DNA from: a candidate division FCPU426 bacterium
GTDB lineage: Bacteria; Oederibacteriota; JAUXIB01
Assembly: GCA_030621225.1 (NCBI GenBank)
Contig: JAUXIB010000004.1
Coordinates: forward strand, 1-39,826
Direction of reading: 5' to 3'
DNA: 39,826 bases
The translations under genes were made by a program, and so were the position numbers. Below the pieces are notes generated by a model. It ran no database searches, was not told the DNA's origin, and was given only the letters and a program-made list of their open reading frames with translations. Shown here one piece after another: positions 8,865-19,163 of the stretch; position 1 is the stretch's first letter; every line of letters starts with the position of its first letter.

Positions 8865-9059
8865 ATTTAATCAGGAAATATACCGGAAACGCCGATAAAG
8901 GGGATCGGAAGAATATTCAAAATAAGTAGCTATAAAACGGTGTCATCGATGATAGTTCGAGACGAGAAGGAGTTAATGAAGGACGAAAAGGGTTAAAAGG
9001 ATCAAATCTCGATTGAATGATATAATTAATAAACGGTAAATACGGAATGCGAAGACCCC
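8864..9059 (+). pseudogene. Decayed C-terminal DnaA-like HTH tail, probably of a RAYT/HUH-type transposase, ending at a GACCCC terminal motif
   Basis: Across two frameshifts reads YLIRKYTG/TPIKGIGRIFKISSYKTVSSMIVRDEKELMKDE/RVKRIKSRLNDIINKR*. The 3' part is repeated at about 17616-17681 plus 17919-17946. Confidence 0.55.
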
Positions 9060-9170
9060 GTTTTTTTGCAAGGAAAGCATTCAGGTTCGGGGCAAGCGGA
9101 TGACGTATGTACTGCGCCTCAGGGTGGACGAAGAAGCGAAAGGGGAATAAAAAGGGGGGAGAGGAACGGT

Positions 9171-10541
9171 ATGAGCGATATCGGTCGCAACGACCCGTGC
9201 CCGTGCAACAGCGGCAAGAAATACAAAAAGTGCTGTTTGCTCAAGAAAGAGGGCGCTAGGGATGGTCTTTTCTTGTGGAAGCGGGCGGACGCGAGGGTGA
9301 TCGGCGAAGGGGTCAAGTTGTCGGAGAAGATGTTTATGGACGAAATGGCAGCCCTTCATCTCCTGTATTGGGGAAAGGAGGAGAATGGCGTCGCGTACGG
9401 CTCCGAGGAAAGCGAGCGTATGCAATTCATTGAATGGTTGGTACATGACCACCGTCAGGCCGAAGGTGGCCCGACGGCTATGGAGAATGTACTGAAGGAC
9501 AAGGGCCTGGGTGATTTGGAACGGCGGATAGCGGAGGCGAGGACGCAGGCGACGATGTCAGTTTACCAGGTAACGGGGATTTTTCCCGAGGAAGGGCTGG
9601 AACTGGAAGATATCTTTAGCCGAAAAAAAGTCATCGTAAAAGATAAGCTGGCCTCTCGCTCGGTGCAGAAAGGAGTGCTTATCCCGTGTCGAATATTCCC
9701 CGCGGGGGAACACAACTTTGTGTCGGGTGCAGTCTTCGCCATCTCTCCCGCCGAGCGACACGTGGTGGACGAGTACTTGGAGGGAGGCTACCGGAATTTC
9801 AAGAAGAAAGTTGATAAGAAGACATCCTTCGGAGATTTTCTGCGCCGTAAGGCGCACCTCTTCGGCGGCCTTCGCGTGGCAGTGGAGCGTTTTCGTGAGG
9901 AGAACCTGTTTCCCAGGGCTCTCGTAAACCATGACGGCGAGAAGCTGGAGCCCAGCAAGGCGGTCTACAGGGTCGTGGACGCAGGGAAGGTTGCGGACGA
10001 ACTCAGGGAATTGAAAGAAATGGACGAGATGGAGAAGGGCGAGAGGTTCATCTGGAACAACGCGAAGAGTAACCTTCTCCTGGGGAACATTGAGCTAAAG
10101 GAGGGGACGCTGAGCCTGGAGTGCAATTCAAAAGAGCGACTTGCCAGGGGCAAGAAGCTGTTGAAGGGGATCAGCGGCCTTAAGCATAAGGTGGGCGTGC
10201 TCGAGTCAATGAAGTCCTTGTTGGAAAGTGTCAAGGCAGGCGTGATTGCCGGCAAGAGGAAGGACGAGGAAAAAAACGATCCGCCGGAGTTGGCGGCGGT
10301 AAAAAAACGCCTGCTATTGGAGCACAAGCAGGAATACTATGAAGAAAAATGGTTAAAAAACGAGGTGCTCGCCCTCGATGGCATGATGCCGCTGTTAGCG
10401 GCCAAGGACCCAAAGATGCGGCGGCGTCTCATCGACCTTCTGCGCCAGCTGGAGTTCATGGAGGGTGGCGACAGTGACCCAGAGGGGCCCCGCTATGATT
10501 TCAATTGCCTCAGGGTGAAGCTGGGACTGAAGGAAGAGTAA
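9171..10541 (+). CDS. SEC-C motif protein with a C-terminal Xre/MbcA/ParS-like segment
   Basis: IGRNDPCPCNSGKKYKKCC directly after ATG 9171 (RBS GAGGA); C-terminal KWLKNEVLALDGMMP. Confidence 0.8.
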   Translation: MSDIGRNDPCPCNSGKKYKKCCLLKKEGARDGLFLWKRADARVIGEGVKLSEKMFMDEMAALHLLYWGKEENGVAYGSEESERMQFIEWLVHDHRQAEGGPTAMENVLKDKGLGDLERRIAEARTQATMSVYQVTGIFPEEGLELEDIFSRKKVIVKDKLASRSVQKGVLIPCRIFPAGEHNFVSGAVFAISPAERHVVDEYLEGGYRNFKKKVDKKTSFGDFLRRKAHLFGGLRVAVERFREENLFPRALVNHDGEKLEPSKAVYRVVDAGKVADELRELKEMDEMEKGERFIWNNAKSNLLLGNIELKEGTLSLECNSKERLARGKKLLKGISGLKHKVGVLESMKSLLESVKAGVIAGKRKDEEKNDPPELAAVKKRLLLEHKQEYYEEKWLKNEVLALDGMMPLLAAKDPKMRRRLIDLLRQLEFMEGGDSDPEGPRYDFNCLRVKLGLKEE

Positions 10542-10649
10542 GGGAACTTGGGGATTACTGCGCGTGCCAATGAAAAAAGTTATCAGCGATCTTGCGGTAT
10601 GAAAACAATAAGTTGCGCGTGCATTATAGTCCCCCATTCGCATCAAATG

Positions 10650-10745
10650 AAGGGACAGTGTCTTCCTACTTCGCTGAAGCTTCGTAGGACAGGAGAATTG
10701 TGGCATGCGAAAGGTGAAAAAATTCTCGATTCTAGACGCGGTCCC
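10650..10745. mobile_element. Mini-element formed by two inverted copies of the GGGAC..GTCTAGAATT terminal repeat
   Basis: Left AAGGGACAGTGTCT[30-bp insert 10664-10693]AGAATTGTGG; right GATTCTAGACGCGGTCCC. Further copies at 16637, 20176-20204 (inverted) and 28794. Confidence 0.65.
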
Positions 10746-11033
10746 ATCATTAAGCCGACGGATTACGCATCGTGGGAGAAGGCGATTGAGTCCATTGATT
10801 CGGACAATGACGCTTTTATAGACGAGTGTCTAGATGGTAAGTTTGAGGGCTGATACGTAGTTTTGATCCCACCGAGTCTTATTGTATTCGCCTCTTCCAC
10901 CATAGCCTGAGAATTCCGGAGCAAATCGTCCACCTTGCTTATCTCGGTATTAGCAATCCAAAAGTGATATACTACAGGGCAATTAAATGTGCCCCTTGGA
11001 GGCTAGCTTAATTTTATTGAGCGGTAGCGGCTT

Positions 11034-12509
11034 ATGGAGAAGATCCCGGTTACAATAGATAAGTCTCACCTGATTACTATCGGCGAGCGTCTTTATACGG
11101 AAAGCGTAGAGTTACTGCGCGAACTGGTGAATAACGCCTATGACGCCGACGCCAGCGAGGTGAAGATAGAGATATCCGGCGGCAGGGTGGTGGTGGAAGA
11201 CGACGGCTCTGGCATGGATCTCGAGGGCCTCAGGCAGTATTTTAATATTGGTTCGACCTTCAAGCGCGAGCACCCGAAAAGCCCGCGTTTTGGCCGGGCG
11301 AGGATCGGCGAGTTTGGCATCGGCAAGTTCTCGGTGCTCTCGGCCTGCGAGCGTTTCGAGGTATTCAGCAGGCGGGGCGCTTTCGCCGGCACGATCATAT
11401 TTGATAAAAAGGATTGGAATGCTAACGCCGAAGAATGGCAATTGCCCCTGCGGCGTGAGGAGGCGGTAGTGGGGCAGGCCAATGGTTCGCGGGTGGTCTT
11501 GGAGGGCTTGCGCAAGGAATTCGACTTGGAGACAGTAGAGAGAAGGCTGATAGAGACTCTGCCGCTGAAGGCGCCGGAGTTCGCTGTCTTTCTCAACGGC
11601 AAGAAGCTTGTGCCGCGCGCCGTGAGCGGTCGGAAGATCCCTTTTCTGGACGGCACGGATTACGGCGTGGTACACGGTGAGGTGGTGATCCTGCCCGCGT
11701 CGCGGGCCACGCATGGGGAGGCAGGCATTCTGTTGCGGGTTAAAGGGGTGGCGGTGCGCAGGTTTCCCTTTGGCATGGAGCCGGATATTTTACAGCGAGT
11801 GAGTGGCGAGGTTAACGCCGACTTTTTGCCGCTGACCACCGACCGGAACGACGTGATCCGGGACAGCCCGGAGTTCGCGGCGCTGGGCAAGGTGATGGAG
11901 CGGGTGATGGTGCGAGTGAGAGGAGAACTGGATAGCCAGTATGATCGCAAGGAGAACACGCGGATAAAACGCGCTTTGAAGGAGGTGTCAGCAAAAATAG
12001 AAGCGGCCCTGACGAGAAACAGGGACTGGTGCCCACCGGGGCTCTTGCCGCTTGGTGATGGGACTGGCGGAAAAGACATGGCGGCGGTTCCGGGCAAGTC
12101 GGGAGCGAGTGCTGCCGGCGATGAGGGTAAAGCGGCGGAAGAAAAGGCGGAAAAGAAACCGGGGAAGAAAAAGAAAAGACGCCCGCGCCTGAGAAGACTG
12201 ACGCCGAGCGCGATGGTGAAGAAGATGAAGATTGGTCAGATGAACCTGGCCTTGGTGATGGACCATTATGGGTCGGAAGGACCGGAATCGTTCTTGGAGG
12301 GCGATATAATCTATATCAACCGTGATCACCCTCTCTACCAGCGGGAGGCGCGGAACCGCGAACGCCATATTATTAACATTGCCCGCCTCATCTGCCAGGA
12401 GATATCGCTGATGTCAAAGCCGAGGAACCCACGCCATGCCTACGAGCGGCAGTCGAAGCTGATGAAGGACGCCTTTATAAGCGCCAAGAAACCAGCGGAT
12501 GGGGCTTGA
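11034..12509 (+). CDS. GHKL (HATPase_c_3/MORC-like) ATPase
   Basis: ELVNNAYDA (N box), DDGSGM (G1), GEFGIGK (G2), NGSRV; S5-like GEVNADFL; C-terminal YINRDHPLY. Confidence 0.85.
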   Translation: MEKIPVTIDKSHLITIGERLYTESVELLRELVNNAYDADASEVKIEISGGRVVVEDDGSGMDLEGLRQYFNIGSTFKREHPKSPRFGRARIGEFGIGKFSVLSACERFEVFSRRGAFAGTIIFDKKDWNANAEEWQLPLRREEAVVGQANGSRVVLEGLRKEFDLETVERRLIETLPLKAPEFAVFLNGKKLVPRAVSGRKIPFLDGTDYGVVHGEVVILPASRATHGEAGILLRVKGVAVRRFPFGMEPDILQRVSGEVNADFLPLTTDRNDVIRDSPEFAALGKVMERVMVRVRGELDSQYDRKENTRIKRALKEVSAKIEAALTRNRDWCPPGLLPLGDGTGGKDMAAVPGKSGASAAGDEGKAAEEKAEKKPGKKKKRRPRLRRLTPSAMVKKMKIGQMNLALVMDHYGSEGPESFLEGDIIYINRDHPLYQREARNRERHIINIARLICQEISLMSKPRNPRHAYERQSKLMKDAFISAKKPADGA

Positions 12510-12573
12510 GGGTTGATTAAGGGGTAGAAGGACAAGAGGCTACGTAGGACAGGCAAGCTTCGTAGGACAAGTA

Positions 12574-12701
12574 GCTAGACAAGTTAACTGGTAGTAACAA
12601 GGGTGTTCTCGGCGAGCACCTTTTGTTTTAGGCGCGTTCTGCTACATTCATTCCGAAGAGCCTTTCTGTACATTTTTCTTTTGGTAACCCCCCTATTTTT
12701 G
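12574..12701. terminator. Repeat block D containing a terminator-like hairpin (consensus AAAGGTGCTC-loop-GAGCACCTTTT)
   Basis: Copies at 12574-12701, 14800-14940, 27510-27584 and 36061-36203, each downstream of a + strand gene. Confidence 0.75.
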
Positions 12702-12736
12702 CCTGCCCTGCGTAGCGCCTTGTGTTACACCTCTGG

Positions 12737-13324
12737 GGTATGATGACGGATCAAGCGGTAGAAAATATTACCGTAGGGGAGGGCCTCTGCGCCCTCCCCC
12801 ATGCCTCGAAGAGGCATGGCCAAGAGGGGGGCGAAGATGGGAGATGCCCATTTTTGCTTGCCCTTCGTAGCCCCTGCGGCTGCTTGTTAGCAGACAAGCG
12901 CAGGGGCGGAGTAGGGTCAGGAGGGCGATGATAATATGTTATTTGGGGCTCCGGACGCCGGAGGCGTCCCCGTGGTTCCCTACCGTCGGATATTATGAGA
13001 GGGAATCACCGTACGGGCAGCGCATGTCCTTCATAGCTGGCGTTTTCGTCGGTTGAAGTAATGCAGAAGAAAACGCTAACGAAGAAGGACAAAACACAAA
13101 CAAGGGGCGAGGTTACGTGTCACGGGGGAGTTATAGCTTTTTTGTCTAATTTTTCTTGAAGATATAATTTACATCTGGCACAATTGCTTTAACAATTGAG
13201 GGGCGGTGGGGTAGCGGGGGCTTTTCGCTTACCAATATCTGCGGGTGCGGTTTTGGCGTAAATGTCAAATGTCACTTGTCCGTCGTAGTCTAGCCGAAGA
13301 CGGAAGACCTGGCCCCGTCATCTT
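12737..13324. repeat. Second copy of the 8251-8864 mosaic block
   Basis: Direct alignment by eye; also shares 12918-13107 with 6438-6628. Confidence 0.9.
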
Positions 13325-13419
13325 GGGCCGGATCATATTCGCGGGGATAAGGGACAGCTCTTGGTCGCCAAGGCTAGCGAGCAGCTGAAGGTGACCCTAG
13401 AACCTACAGGAGAAATACT

Positions 13420-14715
13420 ATGTTTAACCCTTTTGGTAAATACTTCAGGGATTTGAAGGCAAAGGATCTGGAGATTCTCAAGGACAAGCAAGTAGCTGAG
13501 GGATGGCATGTTGAATACAAGGAAAGCAGACAGAAGGCGGAGAAAGTTGCCAAGTCTGTCTCATCGTTTGCCAACTCGCGAGGAGGAATATATTTTGTGG
13601 GCATTCAGGCCGATGATGATAACCGGTGTAAGAAAGTAGTCGGTGTTGAGGACTCGCCGGATGTGATAAGGGACTGCGTTAAAGGGCACATACAGCCTTT
13701 CCCATATTTCGAGACATTCGCTGTGAAACTAGTCAACAATATGAAAGTTCTAATAGTGGTAGTGCCAGAGAGCAAGACTCCTCCGCATATTCATTCTGAC
13801 GGAAGAATCTACGTTCGACAAGAAGCGGCTTCGGATCCTGTCTTTCAGAGTGATAGACATGTTATTGATGGTCTATATTCTAGGGCAGAATCGTGGCGGA
13901 AGGATCTTCAGGACTTCAGAACAATGGACTACGAATTATGCCAAGGGGAGAGCAATCAGCCCTATCTTCAGATCTTCATGAATACGGTGCCATATAAGCA
14001 TTTCATGATGAGCGACCTGTTTAAGGGCGAAGAGATAACGAAAATGCTAGCCCATTTTCACAAAGGCTATGAGATATCAGAAACGATAGATGGTAAGAAC
14101 GTGCCTTTCAGGGGGAATATCACATTAGATACCGTGAATACTTACCACAATAGTGTGGCTTTGAGGTATTTGAACGGAAGCGACATTTCTCGCAATGGAT
14201 TGACGGTAGAGGTGGATATTCATGGCAACACAAAGGTGCTTCTGCCTTTGGAATACACAACCTATGATAATCTTGAGAAGGAGGACGAGCTGTTCCAGCG
14301 TTACCATATTAAGTTAAGCAAATCGAACTTGGTTGCCGTGGATACCATAAAGTTCATCAACGTGAAAACACTATACGGTGCAATACTGGGACTGTTTGTG
14401 AAGGTCTCGAAGTACCTGAAAGACAGAGGCTATGAAGATACTCTAGAGGTAAAGATGAGATTGAGTGATTCGTGGCGAACGACGCTATACTGCGCCAGCG
14501 AAACATTTGTGTTCTATATAGAAGAGTGGGGAGTCCCTATCTGTATGAAGAATGACCAGTATTTTCCGGAATATGATCTTATCGTCAAGTTATCAGAGCT
14601 GAAGGCGAAGCCCATCACTCAGACTGCCCTTCTTTTTGCCCCGGTGGCCTCAGCGTTGGGCATGACAGGTTCCATAGCTACTCAAGCTGTGATTCAGACG
14701 CTTGCGAAGAAATAG
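13420..14715 (+). CDS. AlbA_2/Schlafen-like domain protein
   Basis: EGWHVEYKES, VSSFANSRGGIYFVGI, VVVPESKTPPH..GRIYVRQ N-terminal signature. Confidence 0.8.
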   Translation: MFNPFGKYFRDLKAKDLEILKDKQVAEGWHVEYKESRQKAEKVAKSVSSFANSRGGIYFVGIQADDDNRCKKVVGVEDSPDVIRDCVKGHIQPFPYFETFAVKLVNNMKVLIVVVPESKTPPHIHSDGRIYVRQEAASDPVFQSDRHVIDGLYSRAESWRKDLQDFRTMDYELCQGESNQPYLQIFMNTVPYKHFMMSDLFKGEEITKMLAHFHKGYEISETIDGKNVPFRGNITLDTVNTYHNSVALRYLNGSDISRNGLTVEVDIHGNTKVLLPLEYTTYDNLEKEDELFQRYHIKLSKSNLVAVDTIKFINVKTLYGAILGLFVKVSKYLKDRGYEDTLEVKMRLSDSWRTTLYCASETFVFYIEEWGVPICMKNDQYFPEYDLIVKLSELKAKPITQTALLFAPVASALGMTGSIATQAVIQTLAKK

Positions 14716-14799
14716 GTGAACAGAAAGAGGGGGTCACTTATGAAAAAGCATGTCAAGCACGAAATGACGAAGGAATAGAGGAAGAGGGAACAGGCTTAA

Positions 14800-14955
14800 G
14801 CTAGGCAAGTTGACTTGTAGTAACAAAGGTGCTCTCGGTGAGGACCTTTTATTTTAGGCGCATTCTGCCATATTCATCCCAAAGATCTTTCCTATATCTT
14901 TTTTCATCTTTTTTTCAGCAAACCCCCATTTTGGTCAGGGGGAGGTGCTACGATA
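14800..14955 (+). promoter_or_regulatory. Block D terminator followed by a CCCCATTTTGGTCAGGGGG..TGCTACGAT extended -10 module
   Basis: Same arrangement recurs at 36061-36216 (TGGTAGGAT). Confidence 0.55.
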
Positions 14956-14979
14956 GTTAGGTAAAGAAAGGAGGATGAT

Positions 14980-15855
14980 ATGGAGCGAATGCACTTGAAC
15001 CAGCAGGGATCCTTTGATAGTCTTATTGAGGAAAGAGTGTTTGAATTAAGGAGAATGCGGATGAAGAAGTGGATTAATGGAATTCATTGTGGAGATTGTC
15101 TCGAGCTAATGAGGAAGATGCCCGAGAAGTGTATAGACCTGGTCGTTACGTCACCCCCCTATAATTTAAGAAACTCAACGGGGAATGGTATGAAGGACGG
15201 TCGTGGAGGTAAATGGGAAAAAGCCAGGTTGATAAACGGTTATGAAGAGCATGACGACAAAATGCCGCATGATAAATATGTGAGCTGGCAGAGAGATTGT
15301 CTAGCAGAAATGATGCGTCTGCTTAAGGATGATGGAGCTATATTTTATAACCACAAATGGCGTGTCCAGAAGGGAAAGTTGCAAGACAGACAGGACATTG
15401 TTGGTGATTATCCCGTTAGGCAGATAATTATCTGGCAGCGCAATGGCGGGATCAACTTTAATGCTGGATATTTCCTGCCTACATATGAGGTGATTTATCT
15501 AATAGCCAAACCAAAGTTTAGGCTCGCAAAAGGAGCAAATAAAATTGGTGATGTATGGTCAATACCTCAAGAAATGAATAATGAACACCCCGCTCCTTTT
15601 CCGGTGGAATTGATAGAAAGATGTATTGGCTCTACTAAGGCGAAGATCGTTTTAGATCCGTTTATGGGAAGTGGGACGACCGCTGTAGCGGCAGTTAATC
15701 TTGGCAGAAAATGGATTGGTTTTGATCTTTCTAAAACTTACTGCAAAATGGCGATGGAGCGTTTGGCAGAGAAGAAAGGATTAAATGATTCGCCATCTAA
15801 AGAAGTCCGAGCTAGAAGTAAAGTTAAAGGAAGTCATCGGCTTAGGTTGGCATGA
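14980..15855 (+). CDS. Beta-class amino-methyltransferase (SPPY, probably N4-cytosine)
   Basis: DLVVTSPPYN precedes HPAPFP and VLDPFMGSGTT; alternative start at 15061. Confidence 0.9.
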   Translation: MERMHLNQQGSFDSLIEERVFELRRMRMKKWINGIHCGDCLELMRKMPEKCIDLVVTSPPYNLRNSTGNGMKDGRGGKWEKARLINGYEEHDDKMPHDKYVSWQRDCLAEMMRLLKDDGAIFYNHKWRVQKGKLQDRQDIVGDYPVRQIIIWQRNGGINFNAGYFLPTYEVIYLIAKPKFRLAKGANKIGDVWSIPQEMNNEHPAPFPVELIERCIGSTKAKIVLDPFMGSGTTAVAAVNLGRKWIGFDLSKTYCKMAMERLAEKKGLNDSPSKEVRARSKVKGSHRLRLA

Positions 15856-16561
15856 TGTTTCAAGGTTTTCTGGCTCGGGAAGAGCGGGGGTCTTGTTAGA
15901 ACATTTGCTGGGTATTGAGGGGGGGAATTATGATTTACCAGACGCAGTTGGACACGAACTTAAGACGTCTCTTTCCTCCACTACGTTGGTTACGTTATTT
16001 CATAAGGATCCTAAGCCGCGAAAACCAAGTGTGGTTAAAGCACTCGTCGATGGTTTTGGCTGGGAGCCAACTCACAAAGACAAGTATCCGAGTGGAACTT
16101 TAAGCTTTAGGCACACGATTCACGGCAAGTCAGATAGAGGGTTCTCAGTTATTGTCGATGATGAGAAGATATCCATTGCTTTTCGTCCAGAGGATGTAGA
16201 CGCGAAGCACCGCGAATGGTTGGATTTAGTGTATAAAAGAACGAAGGGTCGTCTTGACCCATGTCCATACTGGACTGTCGACGAGATAGTATCCGCAGCA
16301 TCCTCGAAGTTGAGAAACTGTATTTTTGTAAAAGCAGTACAAGATAAGCCACAGAAGATGGTGAAGTATACAAACGCGTATTTTCTTGCTAACTTTAAGC
16401 CTATGTTCTTCCTTAAGTGTATCAAGGAAGGAAGGGTAGCCATTGACTTTGATGCAAGAACGAAAGGCAAAACAGTGAGAAACCACGGAACGAAATTTAG
16501 GATAAAAGAAGAGTATTGGCCGCACTTGTTTGAGAGTCAAGAGGAGCTGACCATACCTTAG
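15785..16561 (+). CDS. MvaI/BcnI-family type II restriction endonuclease
   Basis: G.AG.LLE.LLGI...N...PD....ELKT, VTLFHKDP, RNHGTKFRI; overlaps the MTase end. Confidence 0.8.
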   Translation: MIRHLKKSELEVKLKEVIGLGWHDVSRFSGSGRAGVLLEHLLGIEGGNYDLPDAVGHELKTSLSSTTLVTLFHKDPKPRKPSVVKALVDGFGWEPTHKDKYPSGTLSFRHTIHGKSDRGFSVIVDDEKISIAFRPEDVDAKHREWLDLVYKRTKGRLDPCPYWTVDEIVSAASSKLRNCIFVKAVQDKPQKMVKYTNAYFLANFKPMFFLKCIKEGRVAIDFDARTKGKTVRNHGTKFRIKEEYWPHLFESQEELTIP

Positions 16562-16707
16562 GGGGTGGGTGGCGCAGTGAATTCATCTAGTTTTGTAGGC
16601 ACCTTGTCCTGAGAAAACTATTTTGGGGTGATAAACGGACCGCGTCTTCCTCCTCCGTTTTACTACGGCGCGACTGGAGAATTATGACATATTAAGGAGC
16701 TTATTGA

Positions 16708-17619
16708 ATGTCCCTCGAAGCATCCCGCGAAATCCAAATCCGTATGAAAGCCTTCGCTTGGCTCAAGGAGAGAGCTATTGGGAATGAGGGCGTTTTTCAT
16801 TCCAGCGAGCTCAACGATTTCAAGGTTGATGGGAAGAGGATTACTCTAAAGGGATCAAGAGGGATATGGCAGCCCAAAGGTTGGGAGCTGCCGATTTCGA
16901 TTACCACCGCGGCAGATGGACCCTATGAGGATGTTGTCTCGGATGACGGTTTGATTCTTTACAAGTATCAAGGAACGAATGCCCAGCAGTGGGACAACGT
17001 TGGTCTGCGCAAAGCGATGCAGCAGCATGTTCCACTGATATACTTCCACGGTATTTCCCGAGTGAAGGGAAGACATGTCGCGATTTGGCCGGTGTTTATT
17101 GTGGGGGATGATCCTGCGAGCTTAACCTTCACAGTTGCTGCTGATGATATGTCAGCGCTGGATCAGGCGACTGAGAATGGTTTTGCTGAAGAGAACACTG
17201 GACGTCGGCAATACATCACAGCTACCGTGCGGCAACGCTTGCACCAACGCTCTTTCCGTATTCGTGTTCTGGATGCTTACCGCGAACGCTGTTCCCTGTG
17301 CAACCTAAGACATCCGGAGCTCCTTGACGCAGCACATATCATCCCTGACGGCCAACCAGGAGGCGATCCGATAGTTCCAAACGGTCTGTCCCTTTGCAAA
17401 ATTCACCACGCTGCCTTTGACAGAAACTTCTTGGGCATTACTCCTGACTATAATATTGATGTCCGAGCGGATATCCTGAAAGAGAATGACGGTCCCATGC
17501 TCCAGCACGGGCTGAAAGAACTGCATGAGAAGAAAATTATTCTGCCTAGGCGGAAGGATGATAGACCTAAGCCGGAGTTGCTTGAGAGAAGGTATGCAGA
17601 GTATAAACAAGTTGGATGA
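16708..17619 (+). CDS. HNH endonuclease with N-terminal SRA-like domain (putative modification-dependent REase)
   Basis: PYED....LI.YKYQG....DN.GLR.AM....PLIYF; RLHQRSFR..VLDAY..RCSLC, LDAAHI, NGLSLCKIHHAAFD. Confidence 0.8.
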   Translation: MSLEASREIQIRMKAFAWLKERAIGNEGVFHSSELNDFKVDGKRITLKGSRGIWQPKGWELPISITTAADGPYEDVVSDDGLILYKYQGTNAQQWDNVGLRKAMQQHVPLIYFHGISRVKGRHVAIWPVFIVGDDPASLTFTVAADDMSALDQATENGFAEENTGRRQYITATVRQRLHQRSFRIRVLDAYRERCSLCNLRHPELLDAAHIIPDGQPGGDPIVPNGLSLCKIHHAAFDRNFLGITPDYNIDVRADILKENDGPMLQHGLKELHEKKIILPRRKDDRPKPELLERRYAEYKQVG

Positions 17620-17681
17620 AGGACGAAAGGGTTAAAAGGATCGAATCTCAATCGAATCTCGATTGAATGATATAATTAATA

Positions 17682-17923
17682 AGAATCCCCGGGCTAACAC
17701 CCGCGGTATTCTTGTCCCGAACGGTCGCCGGCAGGCGACCACAAGTTTTTCCTCCTTCGAATATGAAAAAGAAAAGCTTCTATTGCGTCCGCTTCCTCCT
17801 ACGCTAACCTACTTCGCACTTCGTGCTACGAAGGTCAGGAAGCTATGGAGGACAAGAAAGCGAACGATATATAACGCTTCCTCCACGAGCTTACGCTCGT
17901 GGTATTCGTGCGCAACGGAATAA
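17682..17923. mobile_element. Non-autonomous IS200/IS605-like insertion with nested palindromic repeats
   Basis: Interrupts ..ATTAATAA^ACGGTAAAT.., which is intact at 9025-9041. Subterminal hairpins CCCCGGGCTAACACCCGCGG and CCACGAGCTTACGCTCGTGG, each followed by TATTC. Confidence 0.6.
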
Positions 17924-18007
17924 ACGGTAAATGCGGAGACTTGACCCTGACCCTCGGAGTATACGTTGGTGAATGAGCGGATAGACAAGTAGCGGGGAGA
18001 AAGCAGA

Positions 18008-19144
18008 ATGGACTATGGACGAGGTCTGAACGATAGACTGTCTTTGTGCCTGGATAAGTTCAGTATATTCGTAGAGAAGGAAAACGGTACGCCGCTAGAA
18101 CAATTCAGTTCCCATCGTTATGTAGTTGAATATGAGAACTACAAGACGATACTTCGGCTGGACGCCAGGGATAAATTGCTGTATTGGCAGTGGGAAAGTG
18201 AGTCTTTCGGAAGTGGTTTGATTCTCGAGAATCTTATAGGTGCAATTGAAATAGACGAGAACAATTTCTTCCGATGGAGGGAGAAGCGCGTTGGGCTCAA
18301 GGGGATAGCTCATCGAAGGTTGGTTGAGCTGAGAGGGGGATCGGATGACCTAGCAGAATTCGAAAAGAAGACATACCTATTCTTCAAAGATGAATGTTCG
18401 CATAAACATTACTTTGACTATCTAGTGGAGACTATCGGTAGGAAGTACTCGCTACTAGCATATATCTTCTTTCTCAAGGATTCTGAAAAGTACCTCCCGA
18501 TTTCTACCACTAACTTTGATAGACTTTTCATTGATCTTGACGTACCTATCACGACCAACAGAAATTGTTCGTGGGAGAACTACCAGGAGTTTCTCGGGTT
18601 CATAGCTCATGTGAGGGAGTTTTTGGGCACAAAAGGCCGTGGTGAGATATCTCTACTTGATGCGCACTCCTTCTGTTGGATTCTCACAAAGCAAATGAGG
18701 AAAAAGGCCGAAGAGCTGCCGTTTCTCAAGGGAGCGATGGGTGCGGGGACCGGGGAGAACCGAATATCTACAACCACTGCAAGAATAGGACAGGATCGTT
18801 TTCGAAAGCACCTGATCGCTCTGTGGGGCGAGAAATGCTCGATATCAGACTACGATAATCTGAAGTTCCTTACTGCGTGTCATATAAAGCCTTGGAATGA
18901 TTCAACTAGTGAGGAGAAGGGTGATCCCGACAATGGACTTCTGCTTACCCCGTGTTACCATGAACTGTTTGATAAGGGCTACATAAGCTTCGATGATGAT
19001 GGAGGAATAGTGCTGTCGAAGAAACTGATGACAGATGATGTGGACTCGCTGAGCATTGATAAGTCTGCGAAGTTGAGACAGGAACTGACGATTGACCAAA
19101 AGCGTTACCTTGAATTCCATAGAGAGAACATATATAAGTCCTAG
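18008..19144 (+). CDS. HNH endonuclease
   Basis: C-terminal RIGQDRFRK.LI..W...CSIS, ACHIKPW, DPDNGLLL..YHELFDKGYISF, YLEFHR. Confidence 0.85.
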   Translation: MDYGRGLNDRLSLCLDKFSIFVEKENGTPLEQFSSHRYVVEYENYKTILRLDARDKLLYWQWESESFGSGLILENLIGAIEIDENNFFRWREKRVGLKGIAHRRLVELRGGSDDLAEFEKKTYLFFKDECSHKHYFDYLVETIGRKYSLLAYIFFLKDSEKYLPISTTNFDRLFIDLDVPITTNRNCSWENYQEFLGFIAHVREFLGTKGRGEISLLDAHSFCWILTKQMRKKAEELPFLKGAMGAGTGENRISTTTARIGQDRFRKHLIALWGEKCSISDYDNLKFLTACHIKPWNDSTSEEKGDPDNGLLLTPCYHELFDKGYISFDDDGGIVLSKKLMTDDVDSLSIDKSAKLRQELTIDQKRYLEFHRENIYKS

Positions 19145-19163
19145 CGAATAGTGACTGAGCTTT

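Noticed and set aside
9066-9170. N-terminal extension of the SEC-C ORF
   Set aside because: Contains repeat sequence; the RBS and SEC-C motif point to ATG 9171.
10548-10853. 101-aa ORF
   Set aside because: Reads through the terminal repeats and the 30-bp insert; only the last ~35 codons could be a gene remnant.
17663-17923. 86-aa ORF
   Set aside because: Coincides with the palindrome-rich non-autonomous insertion.
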